A stretch of 64,000 bases of DNA from the human T2T-CHM13v2.0 reference genome, Homo sapiens, in assembly GCF_009914755.1 (NCBI RefSeq), contig NC_060934.1; one strand, written 5' to 3'. This document shows positions 22,424-38,976 of the stretch, one piece after another. The notes below the pieces were generated by a model. That model did not search any database, was not told where the DNA came from, and worked only from the letters and a program-made list of their open reading frames with translations. Every line of letters starts with the position of its first letter. Position 1 is the first letter of the stretch. The position numbers were made by a program, and so were the translations under genes.

Positions 22424-22953
22424 TAACCTTGAAATTATCAGACACTTAGGAGTTATTAGTGCTAAAAAGGGGACCGTGCAAGGCAGCAGAGTTACATGGT
22501 TCTTCAAATCATGTCTGAACCTATTCTTGGAATCTTCTCTATAATAAGGGAAGTTCTCTTACCCCACTGCCACATACCTCTGTTTTAAAAGATAAGTCCA
22601 CTAACTGTGAGTAAAAATGATATATATAGGCATTAACCACACACTTTAATGGGTATAATTTCCTGGCTGCCTCCCTTCCTCAGCCCATTAGGTTAAACAC
22701 CAAAGAAAGACTGGTGTGTACTGAATAGGAAAGGGAAGTTTTATTTGGAACCTTCTAAGAGGAAATCAACCAGGACCAAAGAGCCTTAAAGGACACACAG
22801 CAATGCACAGCCACTTCCCTTCCCCAGCTTGGCTGCCCTAGGTGATTTCTCAAGCTCCTTGGGGGACTGTTGTTTCTCATCTGGAATCAATGTGTGTATG
22901 AGTTTTGTCTGGTAGGATTGCTGACTCTGTCCAACAGATATCACTGTGAATTG

Positions 22954-22959
22954 AATAAA
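22954..22959 (+). terminator. Proximal polyadenylation signal of SFXN2 (AATAAA)
   Basis: Canonical hexamer about 1.4 kb after the stop codon, in unique sequence. Confidence 0.7.
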
Positions 22960-23199
22960 TTTGTTGAAAGAGCACACAGGCACACATACACACAAACTGT
23001 AAACTAAGTTAATGAAGCCTGAATGGAAAGCAGGATCTGGCCTTACTTTGGCCTTGGCATGTCAGAAGGTATCACAACTACTATATAAGGGGAACTTGTC
23101 TGATGCCTGGAGGCTGTTGTTTATTTCCCTCATTAAAGGGGAAATCCACCTGTCTCCACAGGAAGCTCCAGATCTCCCAGAATGGGAGCTGTGTTGCCC

Positions 23200-23883
<684 letters not shown>

Positions 23884-25187
23884 AAGGGGAAAGGGCCTCC
23901 TCCCCGAGGCCAAGGAATTCACTGCAACTTGATTTTTCTCCCCGTTTAAAAAAGTTAAAATATAACTCACATACCATAAACTTAGTCCTTTTAAAGTGTA
24001 CAATTCAGTGGTTTTTAATGTAGTCACAAAGTTGTACAAGCATCACCACTAATTCCAGAATTATTTTGAGACAGGATCTCACTCTGTTACCCTGGTTGGA
24101 GTGCAGTAGTGCAATCACTGCTCATTGCAGCCTCAACCTCCTGAGCTCAAGTAATCCTCCTGCCTCAGCCTCTGGGGTAGCTGGGACCACAGGCTAATTT
24201 GATTTTTTTGATGAGGTCTCACTATGTTGCCCCAGGCTGGTCTCGAACTCATGGCCTCAAGTGATCCTCCTCCCTCAGCCTTCCAAAGTGTTGGAATTAC
24301 ACACATGAGCCACTGCATCTGGTCTCAGAACATTTTTCTTAGCCCCAAAAGAAACCCCATACCCATTGGCAGTCACTCCACATTCTCCCTACCTGCCAGC
24401 GCCTCACAATTCACTTCCTGTCTTTAGAGATTTGCGTATTCTGAACATTTCATGTAAGTGGAGTAATGCAGTATGTGGCCCTCTGTGTCTGGTTTCTTTC
24501 CTTAGGATAATGTTTTCAAGGTTCATCCATGTTGTAGCATATGCAATTTGATTTTAGCTGGTGTCTGAACAGAAAAGTCTGTCTTTGAGCTAGCTTCTTT
24601 AGGACAGGAGACCTGGCTTTATTTCCAAAAGCAAATAGGAAAAGGGAAACATTACCAGAGCCAGTAGAGCTTGGAAACAACTCCTGACTGATGTTCTTTC
24701 AGAACATACAATGTTTCCCCTTCCTTCTCAGCTCCTCAAGCCTCTTGGATTTCCTGTTCTCTTATAGACAACTGCTCTTTTGGAAATGTCTGGAAGGTAT
24801 GTGGTGGCTATAATGTTCAGGGACATTCTAAAAAGTGGTCACTCAAACTGCATCTCAGTCTCATTTTGTAACATCTCTCTTCTTTGAGTTGGCTGCTGTG
24901 GGATGTTGAATAAGAGGCAGTTAAGGTTACTAAAAGGCCTTGGTGTGGGAAGTGCTAATCCAGACTGTCCTATCCAATAGCTCAGCTTGAGCTTTCAGGT
25001 AAAAGGAGAAAGGGAAGTTGGGGCAAAATCCCCTGTGTTTGCCAAACTGAATTGGGGTTTCTTATTTATTGAGAGAAAGAGGGTATCACTTTCTTGCCCA
25101 GGCTGGAGTGCAATGGTATGATCATGACTCATTGCTTCCTCAGCCTCCTGGACTCAAGTGATCCTCCTGCCTTAGCCTCCCGAGTAG

Positions 25188-25342
25188 CTTCTTTTTCCTG
25201 AGTTCGGCTAGAATAGCATGGGTAAAAGGTTCCATTGCTCGGGAGAGGAGGAGGAAGGGAAGAAGAAGAGGTATAGAAGCTTCCTTTTGATCCAAGGTCT
25301 TTTCCTCAATCCTGGCTAGAACCAGAATCCTAAAGGTTTCCT
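25188..25342 (-). repeat. Inverted copy of SFXN2 3'UTR segment 21871-22023, embedded in an AluJ-type element
   Basis: Manual alignment of the reverse complement gives about 8 substitutions and 2 small indels over about 155 nt. Confidence 0.95.
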
Positions 25343-26013
25343 GACTACAGGTACATGCCACCATGCCCAGCTAATTTTTAAATTTTTTGTAGACAGAGGG
25401 CCTCACTATGTTTCCCAGGTTGGTCTTGAACCCCTGACCTCAAGCAATCCTCATGCCTTGGCCTCCCAAAGTGTTGGGATTACAGGCGTGAGCCACTACA
25501 TCCCACCTGGGGTTTCTTAGTGATGATGAAACCTAGCCTTTATGTGGAAGACTTACAACTTTTTGAGGCCAGGAATTAGAGACCTTGTGCCATGAAAATA
25601 ATTTGGTCCTTCCCTAGTACTCAATTTTTACTTCTCCTCTAAGGAGCTTGACTTGTGGAATGGATAAATTTCTAAGAAACGAGAGATTGGCAAAAATACG
25701 TGTCACTTTTTATAGTACTTGGAAAAGCAGGATCAAGATAAAGGCAGAACTATGGACTTTCTTAAGCTGAGGGAAGACTGACTTAACTCTTACCTGTTTC
25801 CCATTTTTCCAACACTTAAGCCAAGAACAACTTCCTCTGGGCTCAGATGTGGGCTAGACTGGGCCAGGCTGTAAAACACTTTGACAGGTTTTTGAGAGGA
25901 AATTGACTGCTAAAGTCAACTGTGTTATTTGCCATGGGTCTTCCTTTGTCCATTTATTTTACCAACTTTTTTTTTTCTTTTTTTTTGAGACAGAGTCTCA
26001 CTCTGTCACCTAG

Positions 26014-26435
<422 letters not shown>

Positions 26436-27271
26436 TAGTTTTTTTATTTTTGTAGAGACAGGGTTCTCTCCATGTTGCCCAGGCTGGTTTCAAACTCCTG
26501 AGCTCAAGGGATCTACCTGCCTCAGCCTCCCAAAGGGCTAGGATTATAAGCATGAGCCACCACACCTGGCTATTTTACCAACATTGATCAAGCTCTGGTT
26601 GAGCCTTGTACAGGATATTATAGGCTTTAAAAGAAGAAGAAGAAAGACCTGGTATGCTGTACAAAAAACTGCAAACCAGGCACGCAGATATAAGTGTTAC
26701 AAGAATCCAGAAGAAGCAGCAAGGAGATGGGGCTAGGAGTTTGTAAGCAGGGAACTGTATCTGTAATATGTAAATGAAGTTACTGGGCATCTCTTCAATG
26801 GTCAGTGTGAGTGGAATGTGTGGGAAAATGTAGTGGTGAGAGGTGAGATAAAGAGAAGTAGACAGGGACGAAGTCACAGAGAGGACCGTGTTGGGAAGTT
26901 TGGACTCTCTATTCTGTAGGTAGATGAAGTATTTAAAAGAAGAGGCCATGATATAGTAATATTTGGTTTAATGTGGTATGGTTGTAGTGTGTGGCGGAAA
27001 TTTGAGAGGAAGAATTGTCAACTTGCAGGGCAGCAGGGAAGCCATTTGTATTTAGCTAGAAGAACATGGATTGAAGCAATGGATGATGGATTTCAGAGCA
27101 ATTTGTGAAGTAGAACCAGAATTTTGTCCGTCGAACTTGGGGTGACGAAGCACTATGCCTCAGATAAAGGTACTATCTTCTAGGGAATTCAAACGGACCT
27201 AAGCTGCTATTTGGGCAGTTGAGACCAAGAGAGGCATCCTGGTAATAGTGCTGTGCTTCAAGACAAAAGAC

Positions 27272-27277
27272 ATTAAA
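27272..27277 (+). terminator. Candidate distal polyadenylation signal of SFXN2 (ATTAAA)
   Basis: ATTAAA followed about 15 nt later by CA and a T/GT-rich tract (ttgttttcctc). A second ATTAAA lies at 27364. Use is inferred, not shown. Confidence 0.5.
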
Positions 27278-27404
27278 ATATTTTTACATTGCAATTGTTT
27301 TCCTCTTCAGGAGCGCCTGGTTACCTTTCAGGAATAATTTATTTTCCAACACCCTTGAGAAACATTAAACCTTTTTTCTTTTTTTGATGTGGAAAACTGG
27401 AAAA

Positions 27405-27855
27405 CTAGTACTTCCGCCACACTCAAGATGGCTACATCAGAAATAGACTTTTCCATCCACCTGGGTGGCCCCGCCCCCTTATGAAGCTGCTTCCGCCACT
27501 CTCTGCGGGTTGGGACGAATTTTACACTTCTTCGCAGCATTCAAGATGGTCCGGCTTCCTCCTACTTTTTATTGGCTGCATCGCTTCGTCTTCAGGGGAA
27601 GGCGGGACTTATATTTGATCGACAGCTACATTGATCAATGGACAAAGGGCAAAGGCCAATGAAGCGCTGGAACTGGAGAGTCTCTCGCGTGTCTGGGAGG
27701 GTGTTTTGCGCGGGGCGGGGTGGAGCAGAGCCGGAAGCGGGAGGGGAGCGTCAAACAGGAAAAGAAGGGAAGAAGGAAGAAGAGGGTAGAGGAGGAGAGG
27801 GAGGAGGAGGAGGGAGGTGGCGGCGCCGTGGCGGAGGAGCAGGAGCAGGAGGGGG
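27405..27855 (+). promoter_or_regulatory. WBP1L: CpG-rich TATA-less promoter and 5'UTR of WBP1L (upstream first exon)
   Basis: ETS cores (ACTTCCG at 27410, CCGGAAG at 27731), YY1-type AAGATGGC (about 27425), GC boxes (about 27467 and 27712-27720), CCAAT boxes (ATTGG 27571, CCAAT 27656), raised CpG density. Purine-rich leader. Confidence 0.85.
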
Positions 27856-27945
27856 ATGGAGAGGAGAAGGCTCCTGGGTGGCATGGCGCTCCTGCTCCTC
27901 CAGGCGCTGCCCAGCCCCTTGTCAGCCAGGGCTGAACCCCCGCAG
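27856..27945 (+). CDS. WBP1L: WW domain-binding protein 1-like (OPAL1), coding part of first exon, long isoform (MERRRLLGGMALLLLQALPSPLSARAEPPQ)
   Basis: gggATGg Kozak context. Basic-then-hydrophobic signal-peptide-like N-terminus that I recognise as WBP1L. Strong donor CAG|GTAAGG, phase 0. Confidence 0.92.
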
Positions 27946-30900
27946 GTAAGGGGGAGGGGGCGTCTGGGCCATGTTGGGTCCTGGGGGTCGTCGAGGCCTG
28001 GCTGGAGGGGTCTGAAGGAGTGTTGTTGCCAAGAGTTGAGGGGTCCCGAGAGGGGCGTCTATGCCTGGCGTGGACAGGATCTAAAGGGGCGTCGGTATTT
28101 AGCTGAGGGACACCTGTGACAGTTTTGGTGTCAAGGAGGTGGCAGAGGCATGATGCCAAGCGAGTGAGGGGCGTTTGAGACGGCAGGTTGGTTAGGTGGG
28201 CTGGGGTGACTGTGGCTGGATAGCGGTGCCAAGCTGAGGATGTGGGCCTTATTCGTGTCCCTCTGTGGAGCAGGTGTCCCAGGCAGTAATGCAGTATGTA
28301 CGTCTGTGTGTGTAGGGGTACACAGGCTATTGAGTTGGCCTGTGAGGGAGGGGATCCTGAGGATATTTCTTTAAGGATGGACTGGGGAAAGTTCCGAGGG
28401 CATCTTAGTACGTTTAAAAAAAATTACTATGTTCCTGGGAGAGACTTGGCCCCATTTTAAAATCTGTAAGCCATGGCGCACTTGGTTGGAGGGAGGACTC
28501 TCAGAAGGCAGGTGGGATGAAACAGAGTGGAACCCCTCAGGAGGAGGAGCACACTTGAGCTGTAACAAGCTCTTGCTGTTAGGCTGGCTGGCCTGGGAGA
28601 GCAAGTCACGGATGCTGATCTGAGCCAGCTCAGGGCTTTTGACCAGAGGGTGGTTCTGATGCCAATATGGGCAGCAAATGGAGCACCCTAGCTTTTCTTG
28701 CTGGGTGGCTTGCTCTTTATCCAGGCAGAGAAGCTTGCTTGTGCTGATTCCAGCTCCAGCTGGCATTTCAAAACCCTAATGGGAGCGTTACTCCTGGTGC
28801 CAAGTTGGGTGGGGTGCAGTGGGGGCAATCACCCCTCCTTCCTTGCATGTGGCAAAGCTTTATGATTCTTTTTTCTTCACTTTCTGTTCTTTTCCCCGTT
28901 TTTTCAGAAAGGCATACACACATAGACGCATAGCGTAGTGGCAAAGTTTATACAACTTAGCGCTTGAACTTGTGTTGTGAACAAGAGCAGAAACTGAGTG
29001 CCAGCAAAAATACTTATCTTTTCCCTAGGAGTTTTAGGGCTGCCTTTTCACAAATACATCTTGTTTTGCCCATTATCCTCTATTTTAAAATACTGATTAA
29101 AAAATAAGTTGAAATTCACATGACAAAAACCATTTTAAAGTGAACAATTCAGTGGCATTTAGTACACTTACAATGTTGTGCAACTACCACCTCTATCTAG
29201 TTCCAAAACATTTTCATCACCCCAATAGAAAACCTCGTCCCTACTAAGCAGTTACTCTCTGTCTCCCTTTTCCCCCAGCCCCTGGCAACCACCCGTCTGC
29301 TTTCAGTCTCTATGGATTTATCTATTCTGGATATTTTATATAAACGGGATCCTACAATATGTGGTCTTTGTGCCTGGCTCCTTTCACTTAGCGTAATGTT
29401 TATAAGGCCCATCCACATCGTAGCATGTACTAGTACTTCATTCCTGTTCATGACCAAGTAACATTCTGTTATCTGTAAACCACAATTTATTTATGCATTG
29501 AAGTGTCTAATTTTTCCTCAGGATATGTTTGTGTATACTAGAAATACCATGTGAAAGGAATGTAGCTCATTTTCTAGCCCAGTGTATTCCCTTTTCGAGG
29601 GTTGGGACCCTTCTGTTTTAGCCTTTGTTGGGGTTGTTTTTCCAGTGGAAATCATAAACTGGCAGAAGAAATATATTTTTTTTGTTTACTAGAAATGTTA
29701 TAGCCCTCAGGACCAGTAAAGTTAAGTATAGCTATTGACAACAAAATATAGAATATAGTAAATACAGAATTTACTTTTCCTTTGCACATGTCTGTTTCTG
29801 TAAGTATCTCGAAAAGGCTGTCCCCAGTAACCAATAAATAACATCGGTAGAGGTTTGGTTTAGGAATGTCAGAGCCTTTGGAGATGGGCTGGTCAAAGAT
29901 AGGAACTAGATCCACTTTTTCAGCAACGGGGATGATGGAAAGTGGAGGTTCCTACCAGGTCGTGGAGCCTGGGAGGTGTTGTGAACATGTGGAAGGGGAT
30001 TGTTAATGTTATATTCTAATTGCAGTTTGCAAACCACAGGCTGCTTTCTTATATCTGTGGCACTTCTAATACTTAATTTTGGGGACAGGTGTCTTTTGTA
30101 CTTTGTTCCATTTGGATGAATGCTATCACTGACCAACAGCTGTTACACGGTTACAATTCCTGCAGAGAAGGGAAAGTTTTCGTAATGAGCAGTGGCCCTC
30201 TTCCTAACCAGCCCCCACATACCCTCACTCCTGACGCTCCCTATACAATTCCATCCCCCACCTTATACTCCTGTCTCTTTCTGTCTGGGAGTACTAGATA
30301 TCTATAGTGAGATTTCTGTTTTGAATTTTAACCTTCGGAATGCAAGTTACTATATAATTATTAACTCTGAATCCACCGCAATTTAGTCAGTGTATTTTTT
30401 TGGGTTTTTTTGGGGGGGTGGGGGAAGGGGTTGCTTGTACAAATCAGTAAGGAAAAAAAAATCCCAAGGCCATTTTGGCACAGGGCATACTTTAAGTACC
30501 CATGGTCCTTAATTCAACAATGAAGTCCAGCTAACTTTGAATTCAGGAGGACTTACTATACTCATTCTGTATCGAATAATGGTATTGGTACCTTATTGCA
30601 TTTCTCCCACAAAATTGATCTACTTACAATACAATCTTTTTTTTACATGCACAATCTTTTTTTTACATACACATTTACCATCAGAAATAAATGATACTAG
30701 GCAACTTGCTTTCCCTGTTACCAGCTCTGCACTGAAACAGCCATTTCTTGTTTATGCAGGCAGGCCCTGGAAAGTTCATCAGCTAGTTCATTCTGTGGTT
30801 AGGAACTTAGACTTAACTCTCCTACAGGTTATGACATTACAACTCACAGACGTGAATCCTTAAATCTATAAAGAATGAAAAAGGCTGGGCATGGTGGCTC

Positions 30901-30961
30901 ACCCCTGTAATCCCAGCACTTTGGGAGGCCAAGGCAGGCAGATCACAAGGTCAGGAGATCA

Positions 30962-31252
<291 letters not shown>

Positions 31253-31494
31253 TTATCATTGAGATACATAGAGTTTCTTTTGGTTGTTTAGATTTAACCA
31301 GAATGTTTGTTTTTGTTGTTGTTGTTTTTGTTTTGTTTTTGAGACAGGATCTCACTCTGTTGCCCAGGCTGGAGTGTAGTGGTGTGATGTGATCTTGGAT
31401 CACTGCAGCCTCGACCTCCCAGGCTCAAACGAGCCTCCCACCTCAGCCTCCTGAGTAACTGGGACTACAGGTGCATGCCACCACGCCCTGCTAA

Positions 31495-31641
<147 letters not shown>

Positions 31642-33931
31642 TGACTATGTTATTTAAAACAAAGTTTTGGTAGAAATGTCTTTTTTTAATAGGGTAACTC
31701 AGCCAGTGGTTTAGGGACAAATCTCTAGAGATGCAGTCCTTACCTTTCCTTTGCCAGGCTTAAAACTTTGAGCTGGGCCTGGCACGGTGGCTCACACCTG
31801 TAATCCCAGCACTTTGGGAGGCCGAGGCAGGCGGATCACGAGATCAGGAGATTGAGACCATCCTGGCTAACACAGTGAAACCCCGTCTCTACTAAAAATA
31901 CAAAAAATTAGCTGGGCATGGTGGTGGGCACCTGTAGTCCCAGCTACTCGGGAGGCTGAGGCAGGAGAATGGCGTGAACCTGGGAGGCGGAGCTTGCAGT
32001 GAGCCGAGGTCGCGCCACTGCACTCTCCAGCCTGGGCAACAGAGCGAGACTCCGTCTCAAAAAAAAAAAACCAAACAAACAAAAAAAAACTTTGAGCTGG
32101 ATGGGGGCCTCAGTTCCTGCTATTTTTTCCCACCTCACCCTCAATGGTATACCCTTTGGTTCCCACCTTACCTTTACTCACCTCCATTCCCAGTTTTCAG
32201 TCTGGAAGCCCTACTCCATTCTCCTTTCTTACAAATGGTATTTCAATGCCATCACCATCATTCCTCCTTATACAATAGTGGGATTCGAGACTTCCAGATT
32301 CTAATCCCTTTTACCTCACCTGCTTAGTGCGTTTGATGTACCAAAGTGTAAAATCAGCACCTTGAGTTTCTGCAAACTCTTTCAGTGGAATTCAGTAGGC
32401 ATCAAAGAATGGACATTTACTGAAATGTCTACTCTTTGCAGCAGGCTATTATTGCTAGGCCCTGGGAACCATCAAATGAGTATGGAATCCCTGTTCCCCA
32501 GGAGCTGGAAATCTTGTGGCAAGGACAGATAGCGCACACAGTGAATTGTAATCCAGAGGTTTTGCTGAAATGGAAGTACAAACAAAGGACTGTCAGCACA
32601 ACTGATTCTGCTAGGGCAAGAGGAAGATGGGGTGCTAAGAAGAACTTCATTAAGGAAAAAGCATTTGTTCAGGACTTTAAAGGTTGATAAGCATGGGTAG
32701 AGTATGGACCAGGAAGGGGAAAAATGGATTCCAGTGTGGAAGAATGAAAATGGAGAGTGTGTTTGGAGGTGACATGTACTCTGTGGCAGAAGCTTTGTGT
32801 GTGGATGTGTAGAGGAGTGTGGAAGTGGGGGAGGCTCGAAAGAGAGGCTGTTGTCACATGGTCAGGAGGCCTTTCATCCATTCATCTAAGGCTGCACCAT
32901 CCAGTAGAACCTTCTGTGATGCTGGAAATGATCTCTCTCTGTGCCGTCCAATTCAGTAGCCACTTAGCCAGGTGGCTGCTGAGCATTTGAAATGTGGCTA
33001 GGATAACTGAGGAACTGAATTTTGAAACATATTTAATTTTGAAACATATTTGTTTATTTACATATTTTTATTTTTTAGAGACAGAATCTTGCTCTGTTGC
33101 CCATAGGGTTTCTGTCGCTGGAATGCAGTGGTGTAGTCGTAGCTCACTGCAGCTTTGAACTCCTGGGCTCAAGCGATCCTTCTGCCTCAGCCTCCCAAGG
33201 AGCTAGGATTGTTGGTGCATGCCACCACACCTGGCCCTATATTTAATTTTTTTTCTTTTTTTTTTCTCTCTAATAAAAAAAATTTTTTTTTAAGTAGAGA
33301 TGAGTGTCTCACCATGTTGCCCAGGTGGGTCTAGAACTCCTTGGGCTCAAGTGATCCTTCCACCTTGGCCTCCCAAAGTGTTTGGATTACAGGCGTGAGC
33401 CACCATGCCTGGCCTAATTTTTTTTAATTAAAAAAAATTTTTTATAGAGCAGAAGTCTCACTATATTGCCCAGTCTGGTCTTGAACTCCTTGGCTCAAGT
33501 GATTTTCCTGCCTCAGCCTCCCAAAGTGCTGGGATTGCAGGCGTGAGCCACTGTTCCTGGCCCTCCATATTTATTTATTTATTTATTTATTTTTTGAGAT
33601 GGAGTTTCATTCTTGTTGCCCAGGCTGGAGTGCAATGGTGCAGTCTTGGCTCACTGCCACCTCTGACTCCCGGGTTCAAGGGATTCTCATGCCTCAGCCT
33701 CCCAAATAGCTGGGATTACAAGCACTGCCACCATGCCTGGGTAATTTTTTTTGTATTTTTTTTGTAGATACGGGGTTTCACCATGTTGGCCAGGCTGGTC
33801 TCGAACTCCTGACCTCAGATGATCTGCCCGCCTTGGCCTCTCAAAGTGTTGGGATTACAGGTGTTAGCGACCACGCCTGGCTGCCCATATTTAATTTTTT
33901 ATATCAACTTTATTGAGATATAATCAGGTCA

Positions 33932-34252
<321 letters not shown>

Positions 34253-34669
34253 TTAAAGTATACATAAATTGGTGTTTCAGTATAGTCACAGAATTTGTGA
34301 CTATCAGTGCTAATTTTAGCATATTTTCTTTTTTTTTTCTTTTGAAATGGTGTCTTGCTCCGTCGCCCAGGTTGGAGTGCAAACTCCGCCTCCAGAGTTC
34401 AAGCGCTTCTCCTGCCTCAGCCTCCTGAGTAGCTGGGACTACAGGTGCCCACCACCACACCTGGCTAATTTTTTGTATTTTTAGTACAGATGGGGTTTCA
34501 CTGTGTTAGCCAGGATGGTCTCGATCTCCTGACCTCGTGATCCGCCCACCTCAGCCTCCCAAAGTTCTAGAATTACAGGTGTGAGCCACCACGCCCGGCC
34601 CAATTTTAGCATATTTTCTTTACCCCAGAAAGAAACCCCATAGCCATTAGCAGTCACTTCCCTTTCTAG

Positions 34670-34924
<255 letters not shown>

Positions 34925-35876
34925 TGAGTAGCTGGGACTACAGGTATGCACCACCATGCCTAGCTAACTTTTGTATTTTTTAGTAGAGATGGGGTTTTGC
35001 CATGTTGGCCAGGCTGTTCTCGAACTCCTGACCTCAGGCGATCTGCCCGACTTGGCCTCCCAAAGTGCTGAGATTACAGGTGTGTGCCACTGCGCCCAAT
35101 CAAGGTTTTCTTTTTTCTTTCCTTTTTTTTTTTTTTGAGACACGATCTCCCTCTGTTGCCCAGGCTGAAGTGCAGTGGTGCAATCTCAGCTCACTGCAAT
35201 CTCCACCTCAAGCAAACCTCCTATCTCAGCCCTCCTAGTAGCTGGAGCTACAGGTGCGCACCCACACCCAGTTAATTTTTGTATTTTTTGTAGAGATGGA
35301 GTTTCACCACGTTGGCCAGGCTGGTCTTGAACTCCTGGGCACAAGCGATCTGCTCGCCTTGGCCTCTCAAAGTGTTGGGATTACAGGTGTGAGCCACCAC
35401 ACCTGGCCAATGTGATATTTACTTAAAATAATTTAAACTAAATAGCTGTATGTAGATAGTGACTACATATTGGAGGATACTGATCTAACAACTTTCCAGA
35501 GTAGGGATTTGGTACAGTCAAACCTAGTGGTCATGTCATGAGCTCTGGGGTCAGACCACCTGAGTTCCAAATTTGATACTGTCCTTGAGCAAGTTACATA
35601 ACCTCTTTGTGCCTCAGCTTCCTCATCTATAAAATGGGAATTGTACTAGTATGGGGTTGTCATGAGGTGAAAAGACATAATATATGTAAAGCTCTTGGAA
35701 TATATTCAATGATTAATAAGTATAATAATAATTATCACCATTATTGCTGTTGGCAGTCCTCAGAGTGTATTATGGTTTGTAAGTTAGTGTCAACTCCCAG
35801 ACTAACTTCAGGAACTGAGATCTGGAGATTTTGCAAGTGACTTTCTTTATTCTGTTCTATGTCTGAATTTAGGTTT

Positions 35877-36056
35877 GGGGAGAATTTTGTCCTTCCAGAG
35901 GACATTAGTCACTGTCACAGCTTGGGAGTGCCACTGGTATCTAGTGAGTGGAGGCCAGGGATGCTGCTTAGCATCCTGGAATGCTCAGGACAGCCCCCCA
36001 CGACAAAGACTTTTCCAGCCCAGAATGTCAGTGGTCCCGAGGTGGAGAAGTCCTGG
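35877..36056. mobile_element. MER20 DNA-transposon fossil
   Basis: CTGGTATCTAGTGAGTGGAGGCCAGGGATGCTGCT...CAGCCCAGAATGTCAGTGGT matches recalled MER20 consensus. Confidence 0.75.
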
Positions 36057-38127
36057 CTTAGTGGGACCTGCTGTGGCCTTACCAGGTCCTGTTCATTATT
36101 GCAGAGCTTGGGGTCAGCTTTCTTGCAAGAACAACATAACATTGTGAAGTGTATGAAATAACCTTGGACAGCGAGTTTTCGGTGGGACTTGAAGCTTTGA
36201 TATGCCGAATCTCACTGCCTTTCAGGTTTGTTGATGTATGTGGTCAGTCAGCTCTGTCTTGTCAGCCAACATCAAACATTTTGAAAACACGTTTTTTTGA
36301 TTTGTGATTCAGTAAGCAGGTGAGCCTCCCTTATTTACCCCATCTTGAACTTTCTTTCCTCTTGCTTTGATCTGCTCTGTGGTTTTATTTTAAGAACATG
36401 ATTTGCTTTGCTCCCAGTGAAAGCCTGATGGTCAGTTATTTTCTGTGTCCTCCATAGTCCTGCAACCAATCTGAACTGAGTCATGTTCTTAGAACTTTTT
36501 CCTTTCCCCATTCCAAGTCCTGGCTCTACTCTGATTTTCGGCCTCAGGAATGTTGGTTTGCTCTCACGCACGCTTAGCCTGTGGAAATCATTAGGTGTTC
36601 TCAGGGTCTGTCACAAGAGAAGCTAAGTGTCCTGGACCTCAGGGTGGCTGTGTCTTGAGGAGAGTCCTCTTTTCAGGCCCCCAAGAGGCAGCTCATCTGT
36701 GGATGTTTGAGCCGTCGGGTCTTTGTTGTTGTCATGGGTATCTTGCATGGCTTTGGATTCAAAACTTCACCTGTCTTTTGAATGCCTGTCCACCCATACC
36801 CTTGAGAGGACCTCTTGCTTTCCTGCCATCAGCTATTAGGACTAACACTTGGGAGATCATCAGGTTCCAGGTGGTAGAATGGCTTGGGTTGGTTCCTTGC
36901 TCCTACTACCCCATTCATGGACACCACTGGGGCCGCTGATCCCACTGTAACTGCACAGCCAGTAAGAGCAGCCACTGAGTGATGGATTATCCTGCCTCCG
37001 CCTCTCAAGTAGCTAGGACTACAGGCACACGCTACAGCAACAGAGGGTCTTGGTGGCTTCTCTCCTTGGTGGCATACAGTAGACAGGCTGAGGTCTGGTC
37101 TGTGGGCACCTCCCTTTTGAAACATCCTTTTCAGTTCCACTAGGTGGAGCAAAGTCTGGCCTGAAAACTGCATGCTATGTGGAAACCACAAAGAAACACA
37201 AGTAAATCCAGAACATTGCAACCTGGGAGGTCAAGAAGGGGGAAACAAATCCCATCCTATTGAATTTTAAGGCTTGTTGATACAATTCTGAGCTTTCCTG
37301 ATCTGGGGATTAAGTAGGTCATCCTCTCAGACTTGCAGATCACCCGTCTTGCATGGTCTGGGTTTTTGGGATATGCTTGCTTACTCAGTTACATTCCCAT
37401 AGCTCTGATTTATTTACTTTTGGTTTTCTCCTTTCCACACTTTCTTCTGTGGGAAATCAGAGGAGTTGTTTTTCTTCTGCTCCTGGTGCTGTCGTCTTCA
37501 CAGTGCCAAAGCTAAGTTTTGATTCAAGATCTCAGGTGTTTAAAATAATTTAACTTAAACATTTTTGGAAGAGGTAAAAATAAATGTAAGATGTTACAAG
37601 AATATCTGTGGCTTGGAAGGGTGGGTCCTAGAATGGAGAGTTACAAAAACATGTCTGTTTTGATTTTTAAATATCTAGCAAGACAAATGTTATGTTGTAA
37701 CACTTTTATTACACATTCTTTCAGATCAGAGGCATGCATTCATGGAGAAAATATTCGTATTTTTCAAAATTCTACATGTTACTTTTTGGTTTGCCATTTC
37801 CTAATTTATTTTCCTCATTTAAAATTCCACCTGACAGTTTCATCAAACACAGAAACAACAAGGGAAAAAACCACAGCTTAGTTTATTGATCAGATTTAAA
37901 TATTTTTCTCTCTTAGTAGTTCATTTGGGAGAAGAAATTACTATTTGGCTTTCTACACCAGGATGTTGGAATATTGTAACTCTTTGGAACTTAAATACAG
38001 AATTGAATAGTGTGAGTTCATCCTGCTTACTCCTTTCTTTTTCCCTGGATAATTTGTCTTTAAGTTTTGCAAATCCCTTTGCTACATTTGGGAGGGGGTA
38101 AGGAGCATAAAACCTACCCCAGTATGA

Positions 38128-38430
<303 letters not shown>

Positions 38431-38706
38431 TAATCCACCTGCCTCGACCTCCCAAAGTGCTGGGCTTACAGGCATGAGACACCGCGGCAGGCCCCTTTTT
38501 ACATTTTTTGTTTTTGTTTTTTAGCGTCAGGGTCTCGCTATGCTGCCCAGGCTGGAGTACAGTGGCGCAATCATAGCTCACTGCAGCTTCGAACTCCTGG
38601 GCTAAAGCGATTCTCCTGCCTCTGCCTCCCAAGTAGCTAGGACTACAGGCACACACTACAGTGTCCAGCTAATTTTGTTTTATTTATTTATTTATTTATT
38701 TTTTGA

Positions 38707-38976
<270 letters not shown>

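Noticed and set aside
27817-27855. GTG-initiated N-terminal extension of WBP1L
   Set aside because: Artefact of the ORF caller's alternative starts. The ATG at 27856 has strong Kozak context.
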